Of a DNA stretch of 44,708 bases, positions 18,547-28,388 are shown piece after piece. Location: contig JBGQEL010000027.1 in the NCBI GenBank assembly GCA_041496385.1, positions 1 through 44,708 on the forward strand, in the 5' to 3' direction. The notes under the pieces were generated by a model. That model was not told where the DNA came from and made no database searches. It saw nothing but the letters and a program-made list of their open reading frames with translations. This stretch comes from Candidatus Methylomirabilia bacterium (GTDB lineage Bacteria > Methylomirabilota > Methylomirabilia > Rokubacteriales > CSP1-6). Positions within the stretch are counted from its first letter, which is position 1, and every line of letters begins with the position of its first letter. The translations under genes and the position numbers were made by a program.

Positions 18547-18762
18547 TCAGTGGCAGGCGCAGCCGCCGCCACAGCAACCGCCCCCGCCCATCGGCATCGC
18601 GGACGACGCGACGCCCGGCGCGGTCTTCAGACCGAAGACCGACAGCTTGCGCATGACCTGGGGGCTCGAACACGCCGGGCACGCGACGGCGGTCGCGGCC
18701 GAGCCGACGTATTTCTCGAAGTCCTTCTCGCAGCCCTTGCAGCGATACTCGTAGATCGGCAC
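18547..18762 (-). CDS. FmdB-family zinc-ribbon protein with Cys/Gly-rich tail
   Basis: MPIYEYRCKGC...CPACSS and C-terminal GGGGCCGGGCACH; GTG start 3 nt after the pup stop. Confidence 0.9.
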   Translation of the reverse strand: MPIYEYRCKGCEKDFEKYVGSAATAVACPACSSPQVMRKLSVFGLKTAPGVASSAMPMGGGGCCGGGCACH

Positions 18763-18765
18763 CGG

Positions 18766-18966
18766 CTACTCCCCTCCGCGCTGCACGTAGCTCTTCACGA
18801 ATTCCTCGGCGTTCTCCTCGAGAATGTCGTCGATCTCGTCGAGGAGCTTGTCGATGTCTTCCTTGATCTTCTTGCCCTTCTTGGCCAGCTCGGGGCTCGC
18901 CTGCGCCCCGTCGCCGCCCTCGGCGGGCTTGGTGGGCCGGGTTTCCTTCTTCTTCTGCTCAGCCAT
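18766..18966 (-). CDS. pup: Prokaryotic ubiquitin-like protein Pup (C-terminal GGE)
   Basis: C-terminus LLDEIDDILEENAEEFVKSYVQRGGE matches the Pup signature; disordered N-terminus; SD GGAGG and upstream TG-c-TAGAAT. Confidence 0.92.
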   Translation of the reverse strand: MAEQKKKETRPTKPAEGGDGAQASPELAKKGKKIKEDIDKLLDEIDDILEENAEEFVKSYVQRGGE

Positions 18967-19007
18967 CTGACCCTCCCTTGGCGCATTCTAGCATCGCGTG
19001 CCCCGGC

Positions 19008-20132
19008 CTACCGCCGAAACTGCTTGCTGAGGGTCAGGGTCTGCTGCTGGTAGGACGAGCCGAGCCCGACCCCATAGACGCGTTCGGGGCGGGACCTGAG
19101 ACGCTCGTACCACACCTTGAACGACGTCTGGCCGTCGTAGACCATGAACGGCACCTCCCGGGCCCTCACCTCCATAACGACCTTCGTGCCCAAAACGCTC
19201 CCGTCCCCGTAGCCGAAGCCCGGGTCGAAGAACCCCGCGTAGTGGGTCCGGATCTCCCCGGCCCCGGCGTCGTACACGACCATCTCGGCGGCGAACTCCG
19301 GCGGCACGCGGATCCGCTCCTTGGACACCAGGATGTAGAAGCGGTTCGCCTCGAGAATGTAGCTGTCGCGCGCCGGGCGCTTGATGGGTTCCCAGAACTC
19401 CGCCGGGTCGTACGCGCCGACGCGGGCGAGGTCCACGGCGGGCGGGTTCGGTTGCGCCCGATAGCCGATGACCCCGCCGGTCGACCGGCCGGAGAGGTCG
19501 ATCCCCATGCAGAGCCCGTCGTTGAACACGACGCGCTCGCGGGGAATCGGGCGCCCGTCGTCGTCATAGAGCAGCGGCGACTCGTCGTAGACGCGCCCCA
19601 GGCTCACGTCCGAGATGGACGTTGAGCCGACGAGCAGGCGGAGCTGGTTCAGCGAGAGCCCCGCGTGGACGCGCACCGGGAAGGATTGCGGGGAGACCTC
19701 GAGGTAGAGGGGCCCGGCGTAGCCCGCGCGGACCTCGTCGAAGCGCGGGCTCCGGTCGGTGATCACGCGCGTGAAGATGTCCAGCCGTCCGGTCGTGCTC
19801 TTCGGATTGGAGCGTCCCCGCACGTCGGGCGGAAGGCGCAGCGATTCGAGCAGGGGCACCAGGTAGACCGAGCCGCGCTGGAGGGTCGCGCCTCCCTCGA
19901 GCGGCACGCGGTCGATGACGAGATCGCCCTCGGCGGGATCGCGCCCGAGGCGGCTCTGGACCGTCTCGCTGAACGGCAGGAAGCTCGCGCGGAGCTGCCA
20001 GGCGAACGGCCCGAGCCGGAGGTCGAGGCTCGCGGGCTGGAACTGCTCGTCCGCGATCGGTGACGCCGAGCCGATCCAGCCCTCGCGGGCGGCCGCCCGG
20101 AGCTCGTGATCGGACAGCACCCCGTCACTCAT
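19008..20132 (-). CDS. dcd: dCTP deaminase (long two-domain type)
   Basis: QPASLDLRLG, NPKSTTGRLD, HYAGFFDPGFG and terminal YQQQTLTLSKQF motifs. Confidence 0.88.
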   Translation of the reverse strand: MSDGVLSDHELRAAAREGWIGSASPIADEQFQPASLDLRLGPFAWQLRASFLPFSETVQSRLGRDPAEGDLVIDRVPLEGGATLQRGSVYLVPLLESLRLPPDVRGRSNPKSTTGRLDIFTRVITDRSPRFDEVRAGYAGPLYLEVSPQSFPVRVHAGLSLNQLRLLVGSTSISDVSLGRVYDESPLLYDDDGRPIPRERVVFNDGLCMGIDLSGRSTGGVIGYRAQPNPPAVDLARVGAYDPAEFWEPIKRPARDSYILEANRFYILVSKERIRVPPEFAAEMVVYDAGAGEIRTHYAGFFDPGFGYGDGSVLGTKVVMEVRAREVPFMVYDGQTSFKVWYERLRSRPERVYGVGLGSSYQQQTLTLSKQFRR

Positions 20133-20169
20133 GGGGCTCCACTTAGCATCCTGGGCTCGGGCGCGTCAA

Positions 20170-21069
20170 TCAGGCGACGCGCACCACGGCGCCCTGCGAG
20201 TCCACCGCGAGGTCGCGCGCGACGCCGCCGATGCCCGCCGCGCGGATCGCGCCCTCCATCGCGCGCGCCACGTCCGTGGCCCCGTGCGTCGCAACGGCGA
20301 GCAGCGCCGGCCCGGCCCCGCTCAGCACGCAGCCCAGCGCCCCGGCGGCGCGCGCCGCGGCGACCACCCTGGGCATCCAGGGGAAGAGTGCCAGGCGGTA
20401 CGGCTGGTGGAGGCGGTCGTCGAGCGCCGCGGCGAGCGCCGCCGGACGCCCGGCCTGGAGCGCGGCGAGCAGCAGCGCGACCCGCTGGACGTTGAAGACG
20501 GCGTCGGCGCGGGACACGGAGGCGGGGAGCACGGCCCGGGCCTCGGCGGTGGCGCTGGTCACGTCGGGGATCAGCACGATCCACTGGAGCGCGGCCGGCA
20601 CGGGCAGGGCGATGGCCGTGACGCCCTCGCCGGCCGCACACGACACCGTGAGGCCGCCGAAGATCGCCGCGGCGACGTTGTCCGGATGGCCCTCGGCGCG
20701 CGCCGCGAGTCCGAGAAGCGCGTCCCTGGACAGCGGCCCGCCCAGGAGCGCGTTGCCCGCCGCCAGGCCACCGACCCAGGCCGCGGCGCTCGAGCCGAGC
20801 CCGCGCGCGGTCGGCACGCGATTCACGCACTCGAGCCGGACGCCGCGGAACGCGCGCCCCACCGTTTCGTACGCGAGCCGGACGCCGCGGGCCACCACGT
20901 TGCCGGCGTCCGTGGCGAGACGATCCGCGCCCTCGCCCTGCACGCTCACGGCGACGCGGTCGGCCTCCTCCGCGACGACCTCGTTGTGCAGGGCGAGGGC
21001 CAGGCCGAGGGCGTCGAACCCCGGCCCGAGGTTCGCGGACGTCGCGGGGACGCTGACGTGGACGCGCAC
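20170..21069 (-). CDS. thrB: Homoserine kinase
   Basis: VPATSANLGPGFD, RGLGSSAA, EGHPDN, LHQPYR and SGAGP motifs; GTG start at 21069 after SD AGGAG. Confidence 0.95.
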   Translation of the reverse strand: MRVHVSVPATSANLGPGFDALGLALALHNEVVAEEADRVAVSVQGEGADRLATDAGNVVARGVRLAYETVGRAFRGVRLECVNRVPTARGLGSSAAAWVGGLAAGNALLGGPLSRDALLGLAARAEGHPDNVAAAIFGGLTVSCAAGEGVTAIALPVPAALQWIVLIPDVTSATAEARAVLPASVSRADAVFNVQRVALLLAALQAGRPAALAAALDDRLHQPYRLALFPWMPRVVAAARAAGALGCVLSGAGPALLAVATHGATDVARAMEGAIRAAGIGGVARDLAVDSQGAVVRVA

Positions 21070-21074
21070 GCTCC

Positions 21075-21812
21075 TCAGAGCCGCTTGAGGAGCCAGTCGG
21101 GGGTGAACGACACCGCCCACGCGTTCAGCAACACGTAGTAGTTGGTGAGGACGAGCACGCCGACGACGACGAGGAGGGCCCCCGCCGCGCGCTCGACGAC
21201 GGGGATGAACGGCCGGTACCGACGGAAGGCGCGCAGGAACGGCCCGAGCGCCAGCGCGGAGAGCAGGAACGGCACGCCGAGGCCCGCCGAGTAGGCGGCC
21301 AGCAGCGTGATGCCACGCCCGACGTTCTCGGCGGTGGACGCGAGCGAGAGGATCGCGCCGAGGATGGGCCCCACGCAGGGCGTCCAGCCGATCGCGAACG
21401 TGACGCCGACCAGGAACGATCCGATGTAACCCACGGGTTTCTGGCGGAGATGGAGCTGCTGGGTGCGGCCCAGGAAGCCGATCTTGAGGAGCCCGACGAT
21501 GTAGAGCCCGAACACGATGATCATCAGCCCGCCGATCCGCCGGATCCAGTCGCGGTAGTCGAACAGGAGCTGGCCGGCCGCGCTGAACGAGGCCCCGAGG
21601 CCGACGAAGACGACGGAGAAGCCGACGATGAAGGCGACCGAGTGAAGGAGCACGCGGCGGCGCGCCGCGGCGCCGAGGTCCGCGGTGAGGTCGGCGACCG
21701 ACATGCCGGTGATGAACGAGATGTACGAGGGAAAGAGCGGGAGCACGCAGGGGGAGAGGAACGAAAAGAGCCCCGCGCTGAACGACACCGCCACGCCGAG
21801 CGACTCGCCCAT
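21075..21812 (-). CDS. ccdA: Cytochrome c biogenesis / thiol-disulfide transporter CcdA
   Basis: SFLSPCVLP and GWTPCVGP motifs; about six TM helices. Confidence 0.93.
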   Translation of the reverse strand: MGESLGVAVSFSAGLFSFLSPCVLPLFPSYISFITGMSVADLTADLGAAARRRVLLHSVAFIVGFSVVFVGLGASFSAAGQLLFDYRDWIRRIGGLMIIVFGLYIVGLLKIGFLGRTQQLHLRQKPVGYIGSFLVGVTFAIGWTPCVGPILGAILSLASTAENVGRGITLLAAYSAGLGVPFLLSALALGPFLRAFRRYRPFIPVVERAAGALLVVVGVLVLTNYYVLLNAWAVSFTPDWLLKRL

Positions 21813-21814
21813 GG

Positions 21815-22489
21815 CTATTTGAGCAGCCCCTCGATGAGGGACTGGGACGCATCGTTGTCCCACGGGCGCGGGCCCAGGGCGAGCGCGACGACGTGGCCCT
21901 CCCGGTCCACGATGAAGCTCGAGGGCAGCGCGCGCACGCCGTACGTGTTGCCGAGGTCCATCTTGGGATCGAGCGCCACCGGGAAGGTCAGCCCGAGCTT
22001 GGTCAGGTAGGGGTTGACCGATTTCGCGTTGGTGTCCACGGAGACGGCGACGAGCATGAACCCCTGGTCCTTCTGCTGCTGCCAGAGCCGCTCCATCGCC
22101 GGCATCTCCTCGCGGCAGGGCCCGCACCACGTCGCCCAGAAGTTGATGAGGACCACCTTGCCACGATGGTCCGCGAGCCTGAAGCTCTTGCCGTCGGCCA
22201 GCGGCAGCGTGAAGTCCTCGGCGAGCTTCGGGCGCGTCGGCCGGATGAGCTCGAGCTCCTTCGACGCGTCGCCGACGCTCAGCGTGCGGCCGGTCCGTGG
22301 CTTGAGCGTGACCGCGGCGGCGGCGGCGCCCTCGGCCGGGCGCGTCTCGGGTGTCGAGGCATTCCCGGAACGCTCGGGGCCGCGACCGACCGCCGCGTAG
22401 AGTCCCGCGCCCGCGACGCCGGCGGCGGCCGCGGCGACGATCACGACGAGCTTGCGAGACACGCGCATTGGGGCGCCGGTGGCATTCAT
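21815..22489 (-). CDS. Membrane-anchored TlpA/ResA-family thiol-disulfide oxidoreductase
   Basis: NFWATWCGPCREEMP motif and N-terminal TM. Start at 22489 or 22468. Confidence 0.9.
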   Translation of the reverse strand: MNATGAPMRVSRKLVVIVAAAAAGVAGAGLYAAVGRGPERSGNASTPETRPAEGAAAAAVTLKPRTGRTLSVGDASKELELIRPTRPKLAEDFTLPLADGKSFRLADHRGKVVLINFWATWCGPCREEMPAMERLWQQQKDQGFMLVAVSVDTNAKSVNPYLTKLGLTFPVALDPKMDLGNTYGVRALPSSFIVDREGHVVALALGPRPWDNDASQSLIEGLLK

Positions 22490-22578
22490 CACGCGTCGAG
22501 CACGCAAAGTATACCGCGACATTCCGTGAACGCCGGGACACCCTTGATGGCAGTCCTTGTTATAGTAGGCGGACTTCG

Positions 22579-23628
22579 ATGACCGTCACCATAGTCGCCG
22601 ACGATCTCACCGGCGCCTGCGACGCGGGCACGCTCTTCGCCGGCAAGTTCCCCGTTCCCGTCACCGTCTGGCCCGACGCGCCCGTCACCGCTCCGGTGCG
22701 CGCCGTGGACACCGAGTCGCGCGACCTCGCCGCGGGCGACGCGGCCGAGCGCGTGCGGCGCGCCGCGGAGGGGATGGCGCGCGACGGCACCACGACCTGG
22801 TTCAAGAAGATCGACTCGACGCTGCGCGGTCACGTCGGCGCCGAGCTGGCCGCCCTCCTCCGGGCGACGGGCCTGGCGAGCGCGGTGGCGTGCCCGGCCT
22901 TCCCCGCCCAGGGGCGCGTCGTCGTGGATCGCCGGCTGCTCGTCGACGGCGAGGCGCGCGGCAACGTCGTGGAGCTCATCCGCCCCGAGAGCGACCGGCC
23001 CATGGCCTGGATCCCGCTCGGCGAGGTGCGCGCGGGCGCGGCGGCCCTCACCGCGCGCGTCGCGCGCCTCGCCGGAACGATCGCGGTCGCCGACGCCGAG
23101 ACCGACGCGGATCTCGACGCGCTCGTCGGCGCGGCGCTCGCCGCGACCACCGCGCCGCTGCTCGCCGGCTCGGCCGGCCTCGCCCGGCCGCTGGCCCGGG
23201 ACCTCGGGCTGCTCGCGGGACGCGCCGCGCTTCCGGCGGGACGGTGGCTCATCGTCGCCGGAAGCCGGAGCGCGGTGACGCGGCGTCAGATCGCCGAGGC
23301 GCGCCGCGCCGGGCTCGCGGTGCTCGCGACGCCCGACGTCGATCACGGCGACGCCGTGCGGGCCACCGCCGAGCTCGCCGCCGAGGCGGCGCGCGCGCTC
23401 GCGGCCGAGCCCGCCGACCTCGTCGTCGTGACGGGCGGCGACACCGCGCTGGCCCTCTATCGCGCGCTCGGCGCCACGCGCATCGATCTGATCGGCGCCC
23501 CGGCGCCCGGTCTGGCGCTGGGCCGGCTCCGCGCACCCGGGCGGCCCGACCTGGCGGTGCTCACCAAGGCCGGGGGCTTCGGTCCCGCCGGCCTCCTCGT
23601 CTCGCTCTTCGAGGCGGCGGGCCGGTGA
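22579..23628 (+). CDS. Four-carbon acid sugar kinase (DUF1537 family)
   Basis: ADDLTGACD, DTESR, KKIDSTLRG, TGGDT and TKAGGFG motifs. Confidence 0.92.
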   Translation: MTVTIVADDLTGACDAGTLFAGKFPVPVTVWPDAPVTAPVRAVDTESRDLAAGDAAERVRRAAEGMARDGTTTWFKKIDSTLRGHVGAELAALLRATGLASAVACPAFPAQGRVVVDRRLLVDGEARGNVVELIRPESDRPMAWIPLGEVRAGAAALTARVARLAGTIAVADAETDADLDALVGAALAATTAPLLAGSAGLARPLARDLGLLAGRAALPAGRWLIVAGSRSAVTRRQIAEARRAGLAVLATPDVDHGDAVRATAELAAEAARALAAEPADLVVVTGGDTALALYRALGATRIDLIGAPAPGLALGRLRAPGRPDLAVLTKAGGFGPAGLLVSLFEAAGR

Positions 23629-24650
23629 AGAATCCGATCCTCGGCGTCACGATGGGCGATCCCGCCGGCGTCGGTCCCGAGATCATCGCGCGCGCCTGCG
23701 CCGAGCGCGACGTGCGCGCGCGCTGCCGGCCGCTCGTGATCGGCGCCGCGTCGACGATGAAGGACGCGCTCGCGCTCGTCGAGTCGCCGCTGGCGCTCCA
23801 CGCCGTGAAGGGCGCGGCCGACTGCCGCTGGGAGGAGGGCGCGCTCGAGGTGCTCGACCTGGGCAACGTGGACATGACGACGCTGCCGCGATGCCGGGTG
23901 AGCGCCGCCGCCGGACGCGCGGCGTACGCGTACATCGAGACGTCGGTCGGCCTCGCGCGCGCGCGCGTGATCGACGGGATCGTGACGGCGCCGGTCAACA
24001 AGGAGGCGCTCGCGGCCGCGGGCATGACGCACTCGGGCCACACCGAGATCCTGGCGGCGCTCTCGAACACCCGCGACTTCGCGATGCTGCTCCTGGGTAG
24101 AGAGCTGCGCGTGATCCACGTGACCACGCACGTCGCGCTGCGCCGCGTGCCCGACCTCGTGACGCGCGAGCGGGTCCTCCGCACGATCGAGCTCGCGCAG
24201 CAGACGCTCGACGGCCTCGGGCTCGGTGGCGGCCGGATCGCGGTGGCCGGCCTGAACCCGCACGCGGGCGAGGGCGGACTGTTCGGCGACGAGGAGACGT
24301 CGGCGATCACGCCCGCGATCGAGGCGGCGCGCGCCCGCGGCCTCGACGTCACCGGCCCGCTGCCCGCGGACACCCTCTTCTCCCGCGCGCGCGGCGGCGA
24401 ATTTGATATCGTCGTCGCCATGTATCACGACCAGGGGCACATTCCGGTAAAGACACTCGGCTTCACCTACGACGAGGCGACGAAGCGCTGGGTGGGCCTC
24501 TCGGGCGTGAACGTCACGGTCGGGCTGCCCTTCCTGCGCGTCTCGGTGGACCACGGCACGGCGTTCGACCGCGCCTGGCGGGGCATCGCCAACCCCGAGA
24601 GCATGATCGAGGCGCTCGACGTCGCGGTGCGCATGCTGGAGCACGCGTGA
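23625..24650 (+). CDS. pdxA: PdxA-family dehydrogenase (probably PdxA2, D-threonate/erythronate 4-phosphate type)
   Basis: TMGDPAGVGPE, APVNK, GHTE, NPHAGE, MYHDQG and SVDHGTAFD motifs; GTGA overlap with the DUF1537 kinase. Confidence 0.92.
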   Translation: MKNPILGVTMGDPAGVGPEIIARACAERDVRARCRPLVIGAASTMKDALALVESPLALHAVKGAADCRWEEGALEVLDLGNVDMTTLPRCRVSAAAGRAAYAYIETSVGLARARVIDGIVTAPVNKEALAAAGMTHSGHTEILAALSNTRDFAMLLLGRELRVIHVTTHVALRRVPDLVTRERVLRTIELAQQTLDGLGLGGGRIAVAGLNPHAGEGGLFGDEETSAITPAIEAARARGLDVTGPLPADTLFSRARGGEFDIVVAMYHDQGHIPVKTLGFTYDEATKRWVGLSGVNVTVGLPFLRVSVDHGTAFDRAWRGIANPESMIEALDVAVRMLEHA

Positions 24651-24697
24651 CGTCACGGGCGACCGTCTAACGGCGGCGCCGAGGGAGACACCACCCC

Positions 24698-26497
24698 ATG
24701 GACGAACACGCGATCCGCGAGCTCCTCCGCGACGTCGGCGCCGGACGCCTCTCACGCCGCGCGTTCACGACGATCATGGTCGGTCTCGGGCTCACCGCGC
24801 CGCTGGCGGCGCAGCTGCTCGGCGCCGCCGGCCCCGCCCAGGCCCAGCCCCGGGCGGACGCGTTCGCGCCCGCCCGGCGCGGCGGCGGCGGCCAGCTCAA
24901 GGTCCTCTGGTGGCAGGCGCCCACGCTCCTGAATCCGCACTTCGCGACGGGCACCAAGGACCAGGACGCGGCGCGAATCTTCTACGAGCCGCTGGCCTCC
25001 TTCGACCCCGACGGCAACCTGGTCCCGATCCTCGCCGCGGACATTCCGACGCTCCAGAACGGCGGCCTCGCGAAGGACGGCACCTCGGTCACCTGGCGGC
25101 TCAAGCCCGGCGTCGTCTGGCACGACGGCAAGCCGTTCACCGCCGACGACGTCGTCTTCAACTGGGAGTACGTCGTCGACCCGGCGACCTCGGCGGTGAC
25201 CGCCGGCTCGTACCGGGACATCGAGCGGATCGAGAAGCTCGACGGCCTCACGGTCAAGCTCGTCTTCGCACGGCCGCAGCCCTTCTGGGCCGACGCCTTC
25301 TGCGGCTATCGCGGCATGATCCTCCCGAAGCATCTCTTCCAGGGCTACAAGGGCGACCGGTCGCGCGAGGCGCCGGCGAATCTCAAGCCCGTCGGCACCG
25401 GCCCCTACCGCTTCACGGACTTCAAGCCCGGCGACGTCGTCCGTGGCGAGCTGAACCCGAGCTATCACGTGCCGAACCGGCCCTTCTTCGATACCCTCGA
25501 GATGAAGGGGGGCGGCGACGCGGTCTCCGCGGCGCGCGCGGTGCTCCAGACGGGCGAGTACGACTACGCCTGGAACATGCAGGTCGAGGACGATATCCTC
25601 CGTCGCCTCGAGCAGGGCGGCAAGGGCCGGATCAACATCTGGCCGACGGGGAATCCCGAGCACATCCAGTGCAACTTCACCGACCCGTGGAAGGAAGTCG
25701 ACGGCGAGCGCGCGTCGATCAAGACCACGCACCCGGTGCTGGGCTATCCCGCCGTCCGCCAGGCCCTGAACCTGCTCGTGGACCGCGGCGCGGTCCACGA
25801 GCAGATCTACGGGCGCCAGGGCCAGACCTCGGCCAACTTCCTCAACGCGCCCTCGCGCTACTACTCGAAGAACACGCGCTGGGAGTTCAACGTCGACAAG
25901 GCGAGCCAGATCCTCGACGCCGCGGGCTGGGCGCGCGGGGCCGACGGCATCCGCGCCAAGGACGGCAAGAAGCTCACGCTCCTCTACCAGACGTCGATCA
26001 ACGCCCCGCGCCAGAAGAACCAGCAGATCGTCAAGCAGGCGGCGGCGAAGGCGGGTATCGACCTCGAGCTCAAGTCGGTGGTGGCGTCGGTGTTCTTCTC
26101 CTCCGACGCGGCGAACCCCGACACCTATCCGCATTTCTACGCGGATCTCCAGATGTACAACACCACGATGGGCGCCCCCGACCCCCAGTACTTCATGAAC
26201 CAGTTCACGTCCTGGGAGGTCGCGTCCAAGGACAACAAGTGGCAGGGGCGTAACGTGACGCGGTGGCGGAACGAGGAGTACGATCGCACCTACAAGGCGG
26301 CGGACGTCGAGCTCGACCCCGTGAAGCGCGCGGCGCTCTTCGTCAAGCTGAACGACCTTGTGATCCAGCACGTGGTGGTGATCCCGGTCCTCTGGCGCAA
26401 CGGCGTGTCCGCCTCGAGCGCGCGGCTACGGGGCATGGATCTCACGGGCTGGGACTCGACGATGTGGCGCCTGTCCCACTGGTACAAAACCGCATGA
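24698..26497 (+). CDS. Peptide/nickel ABC transporter substrate-binding protein (Tat signal), copy 1
   Basis: SRRAF twin-arginine signal, WHDGKPFTADDV and PVGTGPY motifs (SBP family 5). Confidence 0.92.
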   Translation: MDEHAIRELLRDVGAGRLSRRAFTTIMVGLGLTAPLAAQLLGAAGPAQAQPRADAFAPARRGGGGQLKVLWWQAPTLLNPHFATGTKDQDAARIFYEPLASFDPDGNLVPILAADIPTLQNGGLAKDGTSVTWRLKPGVVWHDGKPFTADDVVFNWEYVVDPATSAVTAGSYRDIERIEKLDGLTVKLVFARPQPFWADAFCGYRGMILPKHLFQGYKGDRSREAPANLKPVGTGPYRFTDFKPGDVVRGELNPSYHVPNRPFFDTLEMKGGGDAVSAARAVLQTGEYDYAWNMQVEDDILRRLEQGGKGRINIWPTGNPEHIQCNFTDPWKEVDGERASIKTTHPVLGYPAVRQALNLLVDRGAVHEQIYGRQGQTSANFLNAPSRYYSKNTRWEFNVDKASQILDAAGWARGADGIRAKDGKKLTLLYQTSINAPRQKNQQIVKQAAAKAGIDLELKSVVASVFFSSDAANPDTYPHFYADLQMYNTTMGAPDPQYFMNQFTSWEVASKDNKWQGRNVTRWRNEEYDRTYKAADVELDPVKRAALFVKLNDLVIQHVVVIPVLWRNGVSASSARLRGMDLTGWDSTMWRLSHWYKTA

Positions 26498-26520
26498 TTG
26501 CCCCACGGAGGGTCTAGTTT

Positions 26521-28317
26521 ATGGACGAGCACGGACTGAGGTCGTTGATCGCCCAGGTGAGGGCGGGGCGGGTGTCCCGTCGCCGCTTCGTGCAGACCAT
26601 GGTCGGCCTCGGGCTCACCGCCCCGCTGGCGGCCCAGATGCTCGCCTCGGCCGGCGTGGCCCAGGCGCAGACGAAGTGGAGCAGCAATCCCACCAAGCGC
26701 GGGGGCGGCGGGCTCCTGAAGACGCTCTGGTGGCAGGCGCCCACGCTGCTGAACCCGCACTTCGCGGTCGGCACCAAGGACCAGGACGCCTCGCGCATCT
26801 TCTACGAGCCGCTCGCCTCCTTCGACCCGGACGGCAACCTGATCCCGTTCCTGGCCGCCGAGGTCCCGAGCGTCCAGAACGGCGGCGTCTCCAGGGACGG
26901 GCGCTCGGTCACCTGGAAGCTGAAGAAGAACGTCGCCTGGCACGACGGCAAGCCCTTCACCGCCGACGACGTCGTCTTCAACTGGGAGTACGTGATGGAC
27001 CCGGCGACGGCGGCCGTCACCCAGGGCGCCTACACGAGCATCGAGCGCATCGACAAGCTCGACAGCCACACGGTCAAGCTCGTCTTCAAGAAGCCGACGC
27101 CGTTCTGGGCCGACGCGTTCTGCGGCGTGCGCGGCATGGTCGTTCCGAAGCACCTGTTCCAGGCGTTCAAGGGCGACAAGTCGCGCGAGGCGCCGGCCAA
27201 CCTCAAGCCGGTCGGCACCGGTCCGTACAAGTTCGCCGACTTCAAGCCGGGCGACGTCGTGCGCGGAGAGATCAACCCCGCGTACCACGTCCCGAACCGG
27301 CCCTTCTTCGACACGGTCGAGATGAAGGGCGGCGGCGACGCCGCCTCCGCCGCGCGCGCCGTCATCCAGACGGGCGAGTACGACTATGCCTGGAACCTGC
27401 AGGTCGAGGACGAGATGCTCAAGCGTCTCGAACAGGGTGGCCGGGGCCGCGCCGACATCGTGGCCGGCGGCAACATCGAGCACATCCAATGCAACTTCAC
27501 CGACCCGTGGACCGAGGTGGACGGCGAGCGGTCGTCGCTCAAGACCAAGCACCCCTTCCTCACTGACGCCGCCGTGCGCCTGGCGCTCAGCGTCCTCGTC
27601 GATCGCGGCTCCCTGCAGGAGCAGATCTACGGGCGCACCGGGCTCGCGACGGCGAACTTCCTCAACTCGCCCTCGCGCGTAGCCTCGAAGAACACGAAGT
27701 GGGAGTTCAACGTCGACCGGGCCAACCAGCTCCTCGACGCCGCGGGCTGGAAGCGCGGCGGCGACGGCATCCGCGAGAAGGACGGCAAGAAGCTGAAGCT
27801 CGTCTACCAGACCTCGATCAACCCCCTGCGCCAGAAGACCCAGCAGATCGTCAAGCAGGCGGCGTCGAAGGTGGGCATCGACATGGAGCTGAAGTCGGTG
27901 ACCGCGTCCGTCTACTTTTCCTCGGACGCGGCGAACCCCGACACCTACGGGCACTTCTACACCGACATCCAGATGTACACGACCACGATGACCTCGCCCG
28001 ACCCCGAGTACTTCATGAACCAGTTCACCACCTGGGAGGCTGCGTCCAAGGACAACAAGTGGCAGGGGCGCAACATCACGCGCTGGCGCAGCGAGGACTA
28101 CGACAAGGTCTTCCGCGCCTCCGAGGCCGAGCTCGACCCGGTCAAGCGCTCCGCGCTCTTCATCAAGATGAACGACCTCGTGATCCAGAACGTCGTGGTC
28201 ATTCCGGTGGTCTTCCGGCCGCGGGTGTCCGGGATCAGCAGCCGTCTGCGCGACGCGGTCCAGAGCGGCTGGGACTCCGACTTCTGGGCCCTGGCGTACT
28301 GGTCCCGCCAGGCGTGA
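26521..28317 (+). CDS. Peptide/nickel ABC transporter substrate-binding protein (Tat signal), copy 2
   Basis: Close tandem paralogue of 24698..26497; SRRRF signal and the same motifs. Confidence 0.92.
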   Translation: MDEHGLRSLIAQVRAGRVSRRRFVQTMVGLGLTAPLAAQMLASAGVAQAQTKWSSNPTKRGGGGLLKTLWWQAPTLLNPHFAVGTKDQDASRIFYEPLASFDPDGNLIPFLAAEVPSVQNGGVSRDGRSVTWKLKKNVAWHDGKPFTADDVVFNWEYVMDPATAAVTQGAYTSIERIDKLDSHTVKLVFKKPTPFWADAFCGVRGMVVPKHLFQAFKGDKSREAPANLKPVGTGPYKFADFKPGDVVRGEINPAYHVPNRPFFDTVEMKGGGDAASAARAVIQTGEYDYAWNLQVEDEMLKRLEQGGRGRADIVAGGNIEHIQCNFTDPWTEVDGERSSLKTKHPFLTDAAVRLALSVLVDRGSLQEQIYGRTGLATANFLNSPSRVASKNTKWEFNVDRANQLLDAAGWKRGGDGIREKDGKKLKLVYQTSINPLRQKTQQIVKQAASKVGIDMELKSVTASVYFSSDAANPDTYGHFYTDIQMYTTTMTSPDPEYFMNQFTTWEAASKDNKWQGRNITRWRSEDYDKVFRASEAELDPVKRSALFIKMNDLVIQNVVVIPVVFRPRVSGISSRLRDAVQSGWDSDFWALAYWSRQA

Positions 28318-28327
28318 CGCGCCGGGC

Positions 28328-28355
28328 GGGGGCGCCGGGCATCCGCGGCGCCCCC
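28328..28355 (+). terminator. Intercistronic hairpin after the SBP genes
   Basis: GGGGGCGCCG-8 nt-CGGCGCCCCC; no U tract, so more likely an mRNA-stabilising stem. Confidence 0.4.
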
Positions 28356-28388
28356 ACCCCGACGCAGGAATCGTCGCGGGGATAGGCA

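Noticed and set aside
16240..18966. Transglutaminase acting as an alternative Pup ligase or depupylase
   Set aside because: It has a Tat signal so is probably exported, whereas Pup is cytoplasmic and ends in Glu rather than Gln.
21815..22578. tlpA-ccdA as members of the ECF regulon
   Set aside because: Functionally plausible, but I found no GAATCC-N16-CRTC upstream; a TATACT -10 is present instead.
24698..28317. Direct repeats as a mobile element, CRISPR array or assembly duplication
   Set aside because: Similarity is confined to two diverged paralogous coding sequences with many synonymous and amino-acid differences.
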